DNA of 64,000 bases from Thalia democratica (lineage: Eukaryota). Location: NCBI GenBank assembly GCA_965202585.1, contig OZ241829.1, positions 74,028,001 to 74,092,000 on the forward strand, in the 5' to 3' direction. This document shows positions 1 through 15,305 of this stretch, piece after piece. Position 1 is the stretch's first letter. Each line of letters begins with the position of its first letter. A program made the position numbers and the translations under genes. Under the pieces are notes generated by a model. It did not search any database and had not been told where the DNA came from. It worked only from the letters and a program-made list of their open reading frames with translations.

Positions 1-789
1 AAAAATGCTATTTATTTAATAAAATGCTGAAAGATGTGTTTAACACTAAAATAGCTTTCCAATAACTTTTTTATAGTAAATTTGAACATATATATTCTTC
101 TAATAGTAATTATTGAAATAAAGATGCTCTTCTCAACTAATTTTAGGTGTCAGTATTTATAATAAGAATACTACGTACTTTTATAACAACTGTTTCACTA
201 TTCTGTTTAACAGAATAGATTCTCAGTCAGTTTATCAAATATATAGTAAAATAATACCTTATTAAAGTATATATGAAACTAAACTAAACCTTTACATTGA
301 TACAATTTGCATCTGTATAAAGTAAATGATGGTAACAATAGCATTTCTAGATTAAATCACATTAATAAATATCTTTTCTAGCTATAAGTATATCAGTAGT
401 AGTAGAAAATTTCCTTTATATGCTTGCAGACCCTGTTTAAAGCAAAGAAATTTAAAACTTAAATAAACAAATTTTTTAAAGGTCGACTAGTGCATAAAGT
501 TTTACAAAGCCAAAAATATGCCTATTTCTTAAGAAAATTTCTAACAAAATCTCCTAAAAAAATTACAAAATATGAAATATTGATTATTTTACGTAATAAA
601 TCACTTATATAAATCATACTTAACAACTCACAAACACTTGATTTTTTTATTAGTACATAAACTTTCGAATTTTTAAACATGTATAAATAATAACTTGAAA
701 CATTTTGTAGTTAAAAGTATGAAGCTTTCACCGTAAATTAATTTTTCAAAATTGATGTAAAGCAATTTTACTTACTGACAAAAAGTAAA

Positions 790-1420
790 ACAAAATACTG
801 TCCTCAAACTTTTTATTATGTGCATTAAGTCACTTGCTTATGTGATTATCAGTAGCCTACAAACTCTTATTTTGTAACTAGTTTATATTATTTACAATAG
901 TTTAATTCATAGCCTTTTGTGCTTTGAAAATTTTGTGGTTACTTACACGTAGCTTTTATTTTTTATTATTTTTTTACTGCAGTAGTAAAACAGCACTTAT
1001 TTAGAACAGCCTGACTATTTATTATTATTAGTTTAAATTTTTGTATCGTTTTGGTATGTCCAAGACGTTCTTTTGTGCACCAGGTCTTTAGAAAAAAACT
1101 TCTGAACGCTTTCATTTTGTCTTTCAATAAACAATATTGAAACTATAAGTAAATACATACTTTGTCAAACCAAATCATAGTTAAGGTTAAAAATAACAAA
1201 TTTACTTTTACTTTGAATATTTTTTAAAGCTCATTTTATCAGTTTATTTACTTACTAACGAGATTTCTAATAGCCCATAAACTCTTGTATTCGTAGCTAG
1301 TTTATATATTTTTAAGAGTTAAATATTAACATCTTTCCAAACTTCAAGATTTTATAGCTACTAAACTGTAGCTTTATTAATATTATTTCTTCTTCTTCTT
1401 AGTAGACAGAGTAAAGCAGT
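790..1420 (+). repeat. Run of ~405-bp monomers (2 hairpin motifs)
   Basis: Hairpin motif at ~935 and ~1352 with TTCTTTTGTGCACCAGGTCTTTAGA block between. Confidence 0.85.
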
Positions 1421-3966
1421 GCTAAATTCCTTTAAACTATTGTTTTTTATTGGTTACAAAAAAATATGCAAATTTATTTTTCACCTATCTCAATTTGCTA
1501 TTGAAGATGGCGATTACAAATTGGTTCAAAAAGTATTAAAGCACAATGTATTTCTAGCAGGGCAGTTTGGATATACTTTAAAATTTAAATTATTCTACTC
1601 TTCTACTAGAATAAGAATTGAAAATGTTTATATAATTAACGTAAGATATCTGTATCTGTTGTTTTACGCTTTTTAAAAAGAATTGAGATGGTTTTTTTTT
1701 TTTTTTTTACTACAATTTTACTACTGCTATTGTTCTGTAGTATCTAACTTTGTATAGATTGTGTGATACTATTTGTAAAATTGCACCATCTTAAATAAAA
1801 CGCCTTGCTAAAAGATACGTTTAGTGCTAAAATAGCTTTCCAATGCAAAAGTTTGTTTTTTCATACTAAATTAACAAATATAATTATTTCCAATAATTAT
1901 GTATATGTTGAAACAGAGATGTTCTTCCTACAAATTGTAGGTGCCCGTGCCGGTATAAAGCTATTGATTACTACAATTTTTAGACAGCTGTTTCACTATT
2001 CTTTTAAGCAGTCAGTTTACTAAATATATAGTAGTATAATACAATATAGTAGAATATAGTAATATGATACAATATAATAGAATATAGTACACATGAATTT
2101 AAGCTAAAAGTTTAATCATTGATTCAGCTCATATGTATAATACTAATGATGGTAACAATAGCTCTGCTTAATTTAAAACATACAAATAAATTTTATCTAT
2201 AGCTGTAGAATCAATAGTTGTAGAAATTTGCTTAATGTGTGCAATTGATCCTGTCTAAAGCAAAGCACTTTAAAATTTAGAAATACAAAATTCCTAAAAG
2301 TCGATTAGTGTACAAAGTTGTTTTAAGCTTACAAAGCCAAAAACGTGGTTTAGTTCTTCAAAAATTTTCTTACAAAATCCTTCAGAAAAAAATTAGTTAA
2401 AAGAGATAGGTTATCAAAAGTATTAATCACTTACATTAGTCAGACTTAAAGCTCACAAACACTTGGTTTTGTAATTAGTAAATAGACTTTAGTAGCAGTT
2501 TGTAGCTACAAGTATGTGGCTTTCACTAATTAATTATTTTTTCCAATACTAAAATTAGTAAATGTTTATATACAACGACTTTAAGCTGGTTATTAAAAAG
2601 AAATAAGTGTTAAGTTGCGAATTCACTCGTTACTAATTTCAAATTAGTATATAAGCAAGTGGAAACAAGTTCTTCTTGAAGTAATAAAAAACGCAATACA
2701 TCTCTAATAATGGTGTAGAAATGACTTTTTAAAATCTTAAATGTTAGCGGTAGATTTAAAAATACTATCCGGATTCTTTGCTACAAAGAAAAGTTGATAA
2801 AATTAAAAAAAAAAAAAAATTCAGAGTAAAAGTACGTTATCTTCTTCTTTTTGAAAATTTTGTAAATAAACGTGTTTTATGAGATATAAGCAATATTAGT
2901 TTGCTAAAAAAAGAACTGTTAAAGGATTATAAATATAAAAACAAACTTGTATAACAATAGTTAAATTCTTATGAATATATTTTATGAGATAAATCTTCTT
3001 TAGACAAAGTTATACTTTAGTACACTTGTTCTCATTTTCGAATTTAACAACTAAACAACTGAAGTTTACTTTTATTTTTAAGTAACTTTAAACATGCCGT
3101 AGTTTTTGATAAATATACAGTGTTCATATCTACGATAATTTGTCCTTCGTTTTAAATAAAATAATAATTACGATGTTTCTTCCTCTCGAGCACGCATTTT
3201 TAAAACAAATTTATCGTGTTTCAAATAATTTCTAATTAGATTGGTTTTTTTTAGCACGCATTTCTTGTTGATTACAGTTTAAAAAAAAGTTTTAATGTTT
3301 TTATTTTCACACATAAAACAAATCCTAACAAAAAAAAGGTTTAAGTAATGCTTGAAGTATAATTTCAATAGTTCTTTTATTTAGTAATTATAACAAAAGA
3401 AATAGCAAACTTGATTTAAGATTAAACTACTTTTATTTATATATATTAACGCTTAATAAGATTTAGAACGTTTGTAAGTGAGTATAGGTACCTTTACAAC
3501 ATACAAAAAACAATTTATTATCAAAAATTTGTAAATAAACTGTTAAACACAAAACAGAAATTATCAGTAAGAAATTATTAGTTATATGAACTTTATTATA
3601 TTTTTTGAAATACTACTGTTTTGTTTATAAATAAAACATTTAACAACAATAAATCTGACGGAAATAACTAAAAGTTCATAACAATTAGCCAGAAAAATGT
3701 AAGTTTTCTCAAATATGTGTTGATTAAGTTTAGATGGTTATTTTTGCATTTTAAAAGTACGAAGGGCTTTGAAGAATGAGGATAATTTTGGTAATTAGAT
3801 TTATGTTTTACAGAACTTATAGGCAGCACACAAAACTATACAAAAATAATTTCAAAGCAACTATTATAAAGGTGTAATTTTAGTTTTAGATGTGTAATTT
3901 TTTTTATAACTTGTAACTTATTTTAGTTTTTATATAATAAATAACTAAAATAATTTTGTTTATTAG

Positions 3967-5720
3967 TTTTTATGTGATGTTTTGGGTTGCAATGTTTTGT
4001 CTAATATTGATGACTTCTACCGCCATTGGGAAGCCCAACACACCATAACATTCGTTGTTTTCTTTGAAAAATACGATGATAGAGTGTATAAGGAAATCGA
4101 ATATTTTGATGACGTCAGTCGTAGTGATGATCTATACGTAATTGATGTTTACAAAAATAATAATTTAATAAGTTTGAATTGATTCAATCACTTTACTACC
4201 TTCGTGAAGATATGTAAGTTTATTTGTTTTTTAATAGTTTGTAGTTTAAAAAATGCTTTAATTTTACTTGTAAGTAAATTTTCCTTCTTTAAATTGTTTA
4301 AAAAGTTTAGAACTTATGTTAAGATTATAGCTAAAAAATTTACACACAATTAAAATGTGTTGTGAAATTTTGTAATTGATTTGTTATATATTCTACTTTT
4401 CAACTAAGTTTTACTTTTTGCTTTAATCTTTTGTTATCAATAAATTGTTGGAAAAATATTTTCATACTTTCTGTTTTAGCAAACTTATTTTAAAAACAAG
4501 TTTTGAAGTTCTAAATTGTTTTCAGCATAGCTATCTTAAAGATGTGAACTATAATGAAAATACATATTTTTTTATTAAAGTTTAAACCACTTATTTATAA
4601 GTTTTAAGTTTTGAACACTTTTCTAATAGAATAAACATAAAATTCACTTTTAGTTTTAGCTCATTTCAATTCTTGATTTTTTTCTTTACAATAAAAACAC
4701 AACACTTTTTGTAGCACTGAACAAATGAAGTTCATCTGGCTGCAATGTACAATTCTTAAGGCGACAAAACTAGTAAACTACATCCAGCAACCGAAGAATG
4801 GCACAATAAGGTGTTATGAATACCATGACAACACAACAGCGACAAATAGCGGTGATCTGATTAGTAGAAAGAAGTATTACATTGAAGTCAACTAAATTCT
4901 ATGCACACAAAAGGTTAGACAACAAATAAACACTTTAAGATTTATACATTAAATTTCTGAAAATAGATTTATTTGTCCAAAGTCATATTTACGATAATAT
5001 AACATTAAAACTAGCATTTAAAAGTTAGAAATTTTGTACTTTATACTTTTCGTAAAACTTTATAAAAGTTTTACTAACTCAAATTTTTAGTTGTTTTTTT
5101 TTATGTTTTCTTATATTCTTACAAACAGTTAAGATGCTACATTAAAAAAAAAGTGGACATGGGGTTTTTGAAAGTTATATTCTTTTAAATAAAACAAAAC
5201 ATAAGTTTAAAAACAATGTCTATTACTTGTTTTAAATAAATTTTAGATAACTGTAGAAAAGTTTTTAAATAGAAAGTTATTAGATATATTTGCTGTTAAA
5301 GTTTTATAGGAGCTTCGAATACTGTAAAAATTTGTAAAAGAATAAAAGTTTTTTTTTGATAAAATTGTTTGATTAACACATGTTTGTATTTCATGTTAAA
5401 ACTAGAAAAAAGTCTAGAAAGAACCTTATTTCATTCGAAATATATATTAAAACAAACATGTAATATTTCTATTTACTTTAAAATGGTACATTAACTTTTT
5501 GTATTTGTGTCATACAAAGTTTTACCATTATTGAAAATAAGAAATAAAAATATCTGCTTTAAAATAGATAAGTGTTGTAATTGGTATACCATTAGTTTAT
5601 TTTTATACAGAGCGCAGACTGGTGTAAATATCAAAAATCTGAGCTAGCTTACGGATAGAAGCAAATTGAACTGAACAATGGAAAAATTTACAAGTTTCCT
5701 AACATATGCACTTGTAAATG
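3967..5720 (+). pseudogene. Decayed exon-like segments of an unidentified gene or transposase
   Basis: Three GC-richer, non-array segments each starting after a pyrimidine-rich AG (3967, 4715, 5611); first reads FLCDVLGCNVLSNIDDFYRHWEAQH (C-x4-C-x11-H-x4-H, C2H2-like); third reads SADWCKYQKSELAYG*KQ with an internal stop. Confidence 0.3.
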
Positions 5721-7009
5721 ATTCAAGTGAAAAAAAAAATCAATTGAAATATTTACAAGTTTTCTATTTTTTGAACATGTAAAAAACAAAAACAGTTGTA
5801 GATCTATTTCAGAGAGTTACTAGTTTCTTAACTGTGCAACTGTAAATGATATGTAGAAAAAAGAGTATGTGTGACTTCTAAAATGTAATATTAAGTTTAT
5901 TAATGATTTCAATTAATTTTCTTTAACTTAACAGTTTTACGGACTTAAAAGTTTAATCTGAAAGAAATTATAAGTAAAACTTACTGATCAGTTTTACTTA
6001 GATTTTATATATTTATACTTAAAATATTTTGTATATTTAGCTAAGTGTTTTGTATTATGTAACTTAGTCGATTCATTAAATATGATTTAATGTAGTTTTA
6101 TTTTTTAATTTTAAATTTAACTTCGATTTCTTAAAAACATAATTATAAAGATACAAGTTCACAGTCACAATATGATATGTTTTCATTAAGTAATTTTACT
6201 ACTATAAGTAACATTGTTGTAAACATTTACTTTTGGTTTTAAAATGAGTAAAACGACATAAGTTGACTATTAACAATTTTTTTTCGTTGCATAGTTTAAT
6301 TATTGTATTTTATAAATTTATTTTCAATGTTCAATTAATAATAGTTTTAAGAAGATTTTAATATCTTAAAATAAATGAGTTTCTTAACAAATTACTAAAA
6401 AATTATGTTATTTTAGAAAAACACTTAGAAACAAATAAGTACAATACTACATTAGTATGCGTTATAAACATCAAAAACAGTAAAATAAGTTTAAATAGTC
6501 TTTTTTTTCTTTGTATTTTTGTAGAGTCAAGTCATCATAAATTGTTAAGCAATTATATACATAATTTAAAATATAATTCAATTATAGATGTTTTAATAAT
6601 TTATATGATGATGTAATTTAAATGTTTTTATTGATATATAAAATATTTTAGTTGCTTTTAAATAAGGGACATCATTATTGTTTGTTAAACAGTCAAAACA
6701 TTATACAAAATTAGCCAATACATCGGTAAGTACTTATTATTAAAAAGTATATAGCACTCTCTATTGTACAATTGTTTCTTTAACGTTTACATATTCAAGA
6801 AAAAAAATATTTATTTATTTTAGACAGTTTTAACTTCATTTACACAACTTATATTGAATACCATAATGATGTTTTGTTAGTTTTAATAGTGGTTTATCAG
6901 TGTAAATTTTAATTGTTTTTGGTCTTTAAAATTTATTTAATAAAAATATATGCAATTCATAATAACTATAAAGTAGACTTTTGTTATATAATATACAACT
7001 TTGACTTTA

Positions 7010-7720
7010 TGATAAAAATATGTTGGTATTATAAATAAATACATGCTTTGTTAAAATAAGTCGTAATAAAGGTTAAAAATCAGAAATTATTAGTTTGAAT
7101 ATTTTTCAAGGCTGTTTGTATGGATTTATTTACTTACTTACTAGATTTTCTAATAACCCATGTACTCTTGTTTTTGTAAGTAGTTTAAATATTTCTTAGA
7201 GTTTGAAAACATAGCTAATTTTATTTATGCGATTTTGTGGCTACGTACACGTAGCTTTTAATTGTTCATATTTACTTTAAACAGAAGAAAAAGCAACGCT
7301 AAATAAGAATAAGTAGTTTTTTATAATTTTAATTTTTGTATAACTTTGATTTGTCCGAGAGGTTCTTTTGTACGCCAAGTCATTAGACCAAAATTTCAAA
7401 GCACTTTTAATTTATTCGTTAAATACACAATCTTAGTGTTATAAATAGATACGCACTTTGTTTAATCAAATCATAGTGATGGTTAAAATTCAAAAATACT
7501 AATTTAAATAATTTTCAAAGCTAATTAAATGGATTTATTCACTTACTTACGGATTTCCAAATAGCCCATAAACTCTTGCTTTCGTAACTAGTTTGAATAT
7601 TTCTACGAATTCGAAAATGTGTTTAATTTCTTTTTCCGATTTCGTAGCTACTTACGCGTAGCTTTTAATTTATTTTATTAACTTAATACAGAAGTAAACT
7701 AGCCCTAAATTAGAAAAGCG
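7010..7720 (+). repeat. Run of ~405-bp monomers
   Basis: Hairpin motifs at ~7235 and ~7643; CCGAGAGGTTCTTTTGTACGCCAAGTCATTAGACC block at ~7355. Confidence 0.85.
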
Positions 7721-8149
7721 TTATTATTTATTTGTAAATAAAGTTGCAAAATTTACTCATTAGTAAGTTGGTATTAAAATGACTAAGAAAATTAGGTTAA
7801 AGAAGTAATAGAAAAAAAAGACATACTGATGTTTAAATAGGTTTTCAAAATGTTAACTTGCTAGTATGGTTTATTAATAATTAAAAAACAAAAAATTTGA
7901 AAACATTAGCATGAATTTTAAAAATATAACACACTTAGAACTTTTTTCCACTACTTTGCTTAAGTAGACACTTATCAGAACGAATTGCGTAAAAATTAAA
8001 CATCTTTGATTTCATTTAACAAATTTTTACAAATAAAATCTAAAAATGAAACTAAAGTACGTTTAAAATCAGGGGTCGGTAGCAATTGATAAGTCAAGGG
8101 CCGAGTTTTTAGGAAACGTTATCACTTAACAACATTACATGCATCAAAT

Positions 8150-8720
8150 TACATACTTACTTAAGTTACAAGCAGTAGCCCACAAGCTCTAACATTTGAA
8201 ACTAGTTTGAATAATTATAAGAATTTAAAGCATTGTCTACTGTGGTTCAAGAACTCATGTAGCTTATGTACTTGTACGTAGACTTTAATTTTTGTTATAT
8301 ACTTACTACAGAGGTAGTGAAACGTAAATTAGAATTATTAAATTTTTATATGATTTTAATTTTTGTATTATTTTGTTTTGCCCGAGAGGTTCTTTCGTGC
8401 AAAACTTCTGAGCACTTTTACTTCAAAAAATGTTGGTATTATGAATAAATAGTAATTGGTTTAATCAAAACGTACTAAGAGTTAAAAATAAAAGTTATTA
8501 TTTTGAATACTTTTCAAATATTTTTCAAAGCTAATTTGAAGGTTTATTTACTTACTTACGAGATTAAAAAAAGCCAATAATCTCTAGTTTTCGGAGCTAG
8601 TTTATACGTTTTTAAGAATTTTTTTCAACTTTTTACCCATACATCGATTTTGTGGCTATTAGAATGTAGCTTTACTAATAGTATTTTTTCTTAGTAGACA
8701 GCAGTAAAGCAGTGCTAAAT
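8150..8720 (+). repeat. Run of ~405-bp monomers following a CAGGGGTCGG-containing block
   Basis: Degenerate motif ~8260, motif ~8650; CCCGAGAGGTTCTTTCGTGC at ~8381. Confidence 0.8.
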
Positions 8721-10664
8721 AGATTTAAACTTTTTTTTTGTAATATATTAAATTGCAAATTTATTTGTCACCCATCACGATTTGCTATACAAGACGGCGA
8801 TTACAAATTATTTAAAGAATTAATAAAAACACAATTTATTCCCAGTAGGGGAGTTTGCATATACTATAAAACTTTGAATGATGTTAGTGTCAGTTAAACA
8901 TCAACAGACTAAAGGCTATTACTCATAAAATTTAGAAGTAAAAGTAACATAAAAGCTTAAAGTTAAAACGTAGTGGTTTATTTATTTTAGGTGTGTTTAT
9001 TTTTTTACACAATTTATATTGCAAGATATATAGAACTTTTAATGTTGTTATTAGAAAATTTCAGTTTAATTTTTTTTGGTCGTACAACAAAATATATTTA
9101 AAAAGTTCATAATTTTTACGACATGTCATTATTATAAAAAGTAAATTTAAGAAAAGGTTACGAAATACCAATTTTCTTTGAAAACAATATTACGTGAAAG
9201 AGTCATTTACTTAACAATAATTTTTACAGTAGACTGCAAAATAAATAGTTTAAACAATATAAAGTATACACTGGTATATAAGAACTACTTTGTCAAAACA
9301 TACCATGGTAATGGTTGTTAGTATAAGACCTGTTATTAAGTGAAAAAATACTGATCTTTAGAATTTTATTACATCCATCAAATCACTTACTTATGTGGTT
9401 GTCACAAGCTCTTGCATCTGTAAATAATTTAAATATTTCTGAGAATTTGAAACATAGCAGTATGTCATTTTGCAATTTTGTATCTACTTATATGTAGCTT
9501 TTAATTTAAATTTTTTACTTAATACAGCAGTACACTAGCCCTAAATTACAAAGTTTACTTATAAATATTTATTATATTATATTTTATATTATTGTAAGAT
9601 TATTACTTATAAACACTTTGATAAATAATGAAAAGTTTTCTTGTTAGCAAGTTAGTATTAAAATGGGTAGGAAATTTAGGTCAAATAAGTAATATAAAAA
9701 ACAAAACATCTCTACACTGATGCTTTAATAAAATTATAACAATTTACTTATTTGAAAGGTATTTTGATAAATTATTCTTAGAAAAAAATAGTATAGTTTA
9801 AAAAAAAGTAACAGACTAAAGAACATTTTCTAGTACATTGCATAATCAGACATTTATAACCACGAATTGCGTAAAAATTAAACATCTTGAATATGTTTTA
9901 CCCAATTTTTATAAATCAAAATTTCAAAATGAAAATAAAGTACGTTTCAAATCAGGGGTCTGTAGCAATTGATAAGTCATAGGTTGAATTTTTATGAAAC
10001 GTTATCACTCAACAACATTACATGCATTAAATCACTTACTTAAGTGATAATCAGTAGCCCACAAGTTCTAGCTTTTGCAGCTGGTATAAATTTTTATATG
10101 CGTCAGAAAACAATGTTTCCTGAGCTTCAACGATTTTATAGCTACTGACATAAAGCTTTCAATGTTGGTGATTTACTAGAAGTAAAGATGCACTGAATTA
10201 GAACAACGTATTAGAGACTGAATTAGAACAGTGTAATCTCTTGATTCATAGAAAAGTATTCATTTGATTTCTAAGTTTATCATATAAGTATTATAACTTA
10301 AAACTTTATCATTGTTGAGATTCATAACATTTATATATTAAGAACTTATGTTTTTATGTTGTGTAAATATTTTAGTTAAAAATCAATAACTTTTTTATTA
10401 TAAGCTTATTTTTGAGTTAAACAAAAATAATTTAAAAACAGGTACATTCTACTTTAAATTTATTTGATATAATGGCTAAAATAGTAATAGTTCATTTGTA
10501 ATCGGCATGCTTAACTTGTTTACGCAAATAATATTGCAGAACATGTATGATGTTTCAATAATTTTAGTAAAGTTTTATCAGTACAAGTTTTTATTGTTTA
10601 AGTTCTTGAAACAGTTAATAGTTTATTCAATTTAATGTAACATGTTAGTAGTACAATAGTTTAG

Positions 10665-10751
10665 TTTAGTGATCAAATAAAAAGACGCTCAAAACATTTT
10701 GTCCTAAGACCTGGTGTCCGAATAACCTTTCGGTTGTCGAGTCTTACACCA
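10665..10751 (-). mobile_element. Inverted, 5'-extended copy of the GGTCCTTAGACC block (putative retroposon 3' end)
   Basis: Reverse complement reads TGGTGTAAGACTCGACAACCGAAAGGTTATTCGGACACCAGGTCTTAGGACAAAATGTTTTGAGCGTC, matching + copies at 24098 and 26167. Confidence 0.6.
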
Positions 10752-11029
10752 CGGATACATTTCAACGTCTTGTCAAGGATGCATAATAAAACAAATTATT
10801 AATATTAAGTTTAAATTTTTTGTTAAAAATTGAAAAAAAAAGTTTAGATAAAAAATAAAAAATTAAAAGTGCAGATTTATTTACTTATTATAGTCGTTAA
10901 TTCAACAATAGCTTTTACAGAGACTAATAAAAGTTTAACTAAACTAACAAAAGATAAAAATTTGTTTTAAAGAAATACTTTGTCAAAACAAATAATGGGA
11001 ATAGTAAATAAAACGTTTAATTAAGCATT

Positions 11030-12940
11030 AAAAATACTGACCTTAAGATTTTGATTATATGCATCTAGTCACTTACTTATGTGTTAATCAGTAACACACA
11101 AACTCTATTTTTTGTAAATAGATTAAATATTTCTAAGAATTTGAAGCATAGATTTTTGTCATTTTGCTATTTTGTGGCTACTTACACGTAGCTTTTAACT
11201 TTTTTTCTTAAATTACTAATTGCAGTAGTAAAGCGGCCCTAAATTAAAATAGCATGGTTGTTGATCAGTTTTAGTTTTTTTTCGGTGTGTCTTAGACGTT
11301 TTTTCATGCACTAGGTTCCTTTTCAACGTCTTGTTCAAGGCGTTTAATAAAATAAATTATCGACATTAAGATTAAAATTTTAGACAAAAGTTGAAAAAAG
11401 GATTTATCTAGATGAAAAATATAAAACTAAAAGTGGATATTTTTGTACTAAAATTATTCATTAGTTTACCAATAGCTTTTATAGTAGAATAATAAAAAGG
11501 TAACTTAGTAATAAAAGATAAAAAGTTGTATAAAAGAAAAGCTTTGACAAAACACATAATTTTAATGATTATAAGTATAAAACCTGTTATGAAGCATCAC
11601 AAATACTCACCTTTAGCTTTTCATTTTATGCAATTAGTGACTTGCTTTGGTTATAATCAGTAACCCACAAACTCTTGAAAGTCACTTGCTTGATGCACTG
11701 AATTGCACTGAATTGTAACAGCGTGTTAACTTACTTTTTGTCAGTTTTGACTTTTGTATAATTTGTTCTATCCGAGAGGTTCTTTCGTGCACCAGGTCCT
11801 TAGAACAAACTTTCTTAGCACTTTCCTTTTGTAGTTCAATAAAATATGTTGGTGTCGTTAATAAGTACATATTTTGTTAAATAAATTACAGTAAGGGTTG
11901 GAAATCAAAATCTATTAGTTTGAATATTTTATAATTTTTTTTTTATGGATTTATTTACTTATTTATGAAATTTGAATAGACAACAAACTCTCACTTTTGT
12001 AACTAGTTTGACTTCTTTTAAGAGTTACGCACATATTTTTTTCGGCTTCTGCGATTTTTTGACTTCTTACATGTAGATTTTAGTTTTTATTTTCTACATT
12101 CTACAGAAGTAAATCAACGCTAAATTTTAACTAATAGTTTTTTATAGTTTTAATTTCATATCATTTACGTTTGTTCAAGACGTTGTTTCGTGCACCAGGT
12201 CTTTAGACCAAAATTTCTAAACACTTTTTTTATTGTCAATCAATAAAATATGTTGGTATTATAAATAAATACATAATATTTAAAATCAAACCATAGTAAA
12301 GGTTAAAAATCAAGAATTTTACTTTGCATATATTTCAAAGCTCATTTTATGAATTAATTTTTTACTTACGAGATTTTGAATACCCCGCAAACTCTTGTTT
12401 TTAAACAGCTTAAATAATTTTAAAAGTTTAAAAACATATCCTCTTTTAATTCTCAATTTTGTGGCTACTTAGATGTATATTTTAAATTTTGTTTCTACTT
12501 ACTACAGTAGTAAACCAGCGCTAAATTAGAACAATGTGAAATTTTTTTTTTATCAGGATTGACTTTTGTAATATTTTTGTATGTTCGAGAGTTTTTTTGT
12601 ACACCAGGTACTTAGACCAAACTTTCTGAGCTTTTCTTTTGTCGTTCAATAAACAACAATAGTATTGTAAACAAATACATACTTTGTTAAATCAAATTAT
12701 AGTAAGGGCTATAAATCAAAAAAAAAAAGTTTAAATATTTTTAAATCTCATTTATGGATTTATTCACTTACTTATGAGATAATCAGTAGCCTATATACTC
12801 TTGTTTTCGTAGCTAGTTTGAATAGTTATAAGAATTTGAAAACATAGATTCTTTTATTTCGCAATTTTTAGCTACTTTCATGTAGATTTTAATTTACACT
12901 ATTAATTTAATTCAGCAGTAAATCAACGGTAAATTATAAC
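11030..12940 (+). repeat. Run of ~4 monomers
   Basis: Hairpin motifs at ~11172, 12058, 12460, 12868; GTGCACCAGGTC blocks at ~11790, 12190, 12600. Confidence 0.88.
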
Positions 12941-14294
12941 AGCGTTGCTTATTTTTAAAGTTGGTATTTTAAAATGGCTAAGAAAATAAGTAATAATACA
13001 TCATTTTAAGTACACATGAAACTAAGCTAAACATTTGTTTCAAATTTTATAGTTGTATATAATATAAGTCATGGTAACAATAGCTTTGTTTAATTTAAAA
13101 CATATTAATATATTTCTTTTATAGCTAATATTTGTTTTATATCTATAAGTATATCAATAGTAGAAACTTACTTTGAATGCCAACGCTTGCTGACCCTGTT
13201 TAAAGCAAATCATTTAAAAATTCTTATAGGTCGATCAGTGTACAAAGTTTTTCTTAAGCTTACAAAGCCAAAATTATGGTTTAATTTTTCAAAAATTTCC
13301 TTACAAAACCTCTCAGAAAAATGCAAGGTAGCAGAAGTTTATAATTATATTTAATTAATCACTCACTTTCGTTATATTTAACAACCCACAAACACTTGAT
13401 TTTTTTTTTAGTTAATACACTTTTTAAATTCTAATGCAAGTAAAAACATATATCCTTCTAGAACAGTTTGTAGCTACAAGTGTGTAACTTCCACTATTCA
13501 ATTAGTTTTTTCAAAACTCATAGTAAGAAACCTTTACGTGCAACGACTTTAAGTCAGTATTTTAAGAAATTCAAGTGTCAAGTTGCAAATTTACGCTTTA
13601 GTAATTTATATATTAAGTATAAGCAAGCAAAAACAAACTTCTACTCAAAGTAAGAAGAAACGCAATGTATCTTTAATATTGGTTTTTAAGTAGTTTTTGA
13701 AAAGCTTAAATGTTAGCATTAGTTTTAAAAATACTATCGAAATACTTTTTACAAAGTATAGTTGATAAAGTCGAAAAATAAAATTAGTTCTAAGTAAAAA
13801 TAAGTTAGCTGCTTTTTGTAAATAACTGTCTTTTCTGGGATAGAAACGTTATTTTATAATTGTTTCTCAAAGACTTACTTTCTCAAAATTTAAACAAGCT
13901 TGATTAAGAAAAGTTAAGCTCTAATGTTCTATGAGATATTTCTTTTTAAAAAGTATATAGAACTATCTAACGTACAATTTTTTCAATTAAACTTTACAGT
14001 CTCTAGAAAGAAATTATTTATTTATTATAGACATTTTGAACTTAATTTACTCAACTTTTATTGCAAACTATGATGATGTTTTATTGATTTTGGTGGAGTT
14101 TTATCAGTGTAAATTTAAATTGATTCTGGTCTTATAAAATTATTAAGTAAATATATATATTCCATAATAACTATAAAAAAGACTTCTAAAAAGGTAACTT
14201 AAGTAAGATTTGTTGAAAATTTGTATAAAAGAAATACTTTATCAAAACTTATCATAGTAATTTTTATAAGCATAAATCTATTTTTAAGCATCAA

Positions 14295-15305
14295 AAAATA
14301 CTGACATTTAGCTTTTCATTATGTGCATTAAGTCACTTGCTTATGAGATAATCAGTAGCTCACAAATTCTTGTTTTTTAAAAAAGTATAAATATTTCTAA
14401 AATTTTAATATAAAACTCATTGTTTAACTTGCGATTTTATAGCTACTTACATGTAGCTTTTAACTCAATTACTTATTACAATGATGAAGCAACGCTAACT
14501 TAGATTTATTAATTTCTTATCAGGTTTAATTATTGTATTATTTTTGTATTTCCGAAACGTTCTTTGGTGCTAGAGGTTCTAAGACCGAACTTTCTGAGGT
14601 TTTTTTTTGTCAATCAATTATAAGTATTAGTAATAGTCAAACAATAATAGTATTATAAAAAAATACACATTTCGTTAAACCATGTTAAGGGTTAAATATA
14701 AAAAGTCATTAGTTTAACTAATTTTCAAAGCTCGTTATATTGATTTATTTATTTACTTACGAGATTTCTAATAACTCATATCCTCTTATTTTCGTAGCTA
14801 GTTAAAATATGGTTTCTTGTGATTGTGCAACTTTGTTTCCTTTTACATGTAGCTTTACTAATTATCTTATTTTTTTTACAACAGTAGTAAAATAAAACTA
14901 AAATAGAACAGCGTAATTATTTATTGTTTAAATATTAGTATTATTTTGTTATGTCCGAAAGGTTTTTTCGTACACCAGATTCTTAGAACAAAATTTCTAA
15001 GCACTTTTCCTTCGTCATTCAACAAAATAAGTAGCTATTATAAATACATACTTTGTTTAATCAAACCGTAGTAAGATTTAAAAATCAGAAAATACTAGTT
15101 TAAATAGTTTTCAAAGCTCATTAAATGCACTAAATACTTACAAACGATATTTCCAACAACCCACAACATTTTTTTTAGATTTAATAATTCTTAGAGTTTG
15201 AAACATAAACTTATTTGCTTTCGCTATTTTGTAGTTACTTATATGCAGCTTTTTAATTATGACAATTTTTATCACAGTAGTAAATCAGCGCTAAATTATA
15301 ACGAC
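14295..15305 (+). repeat. Run of 3 monomers
   Basis: Motifs at ~14435, 14825, 15228; distal part paralogous to 24490-25390. Confidence 0.85.
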
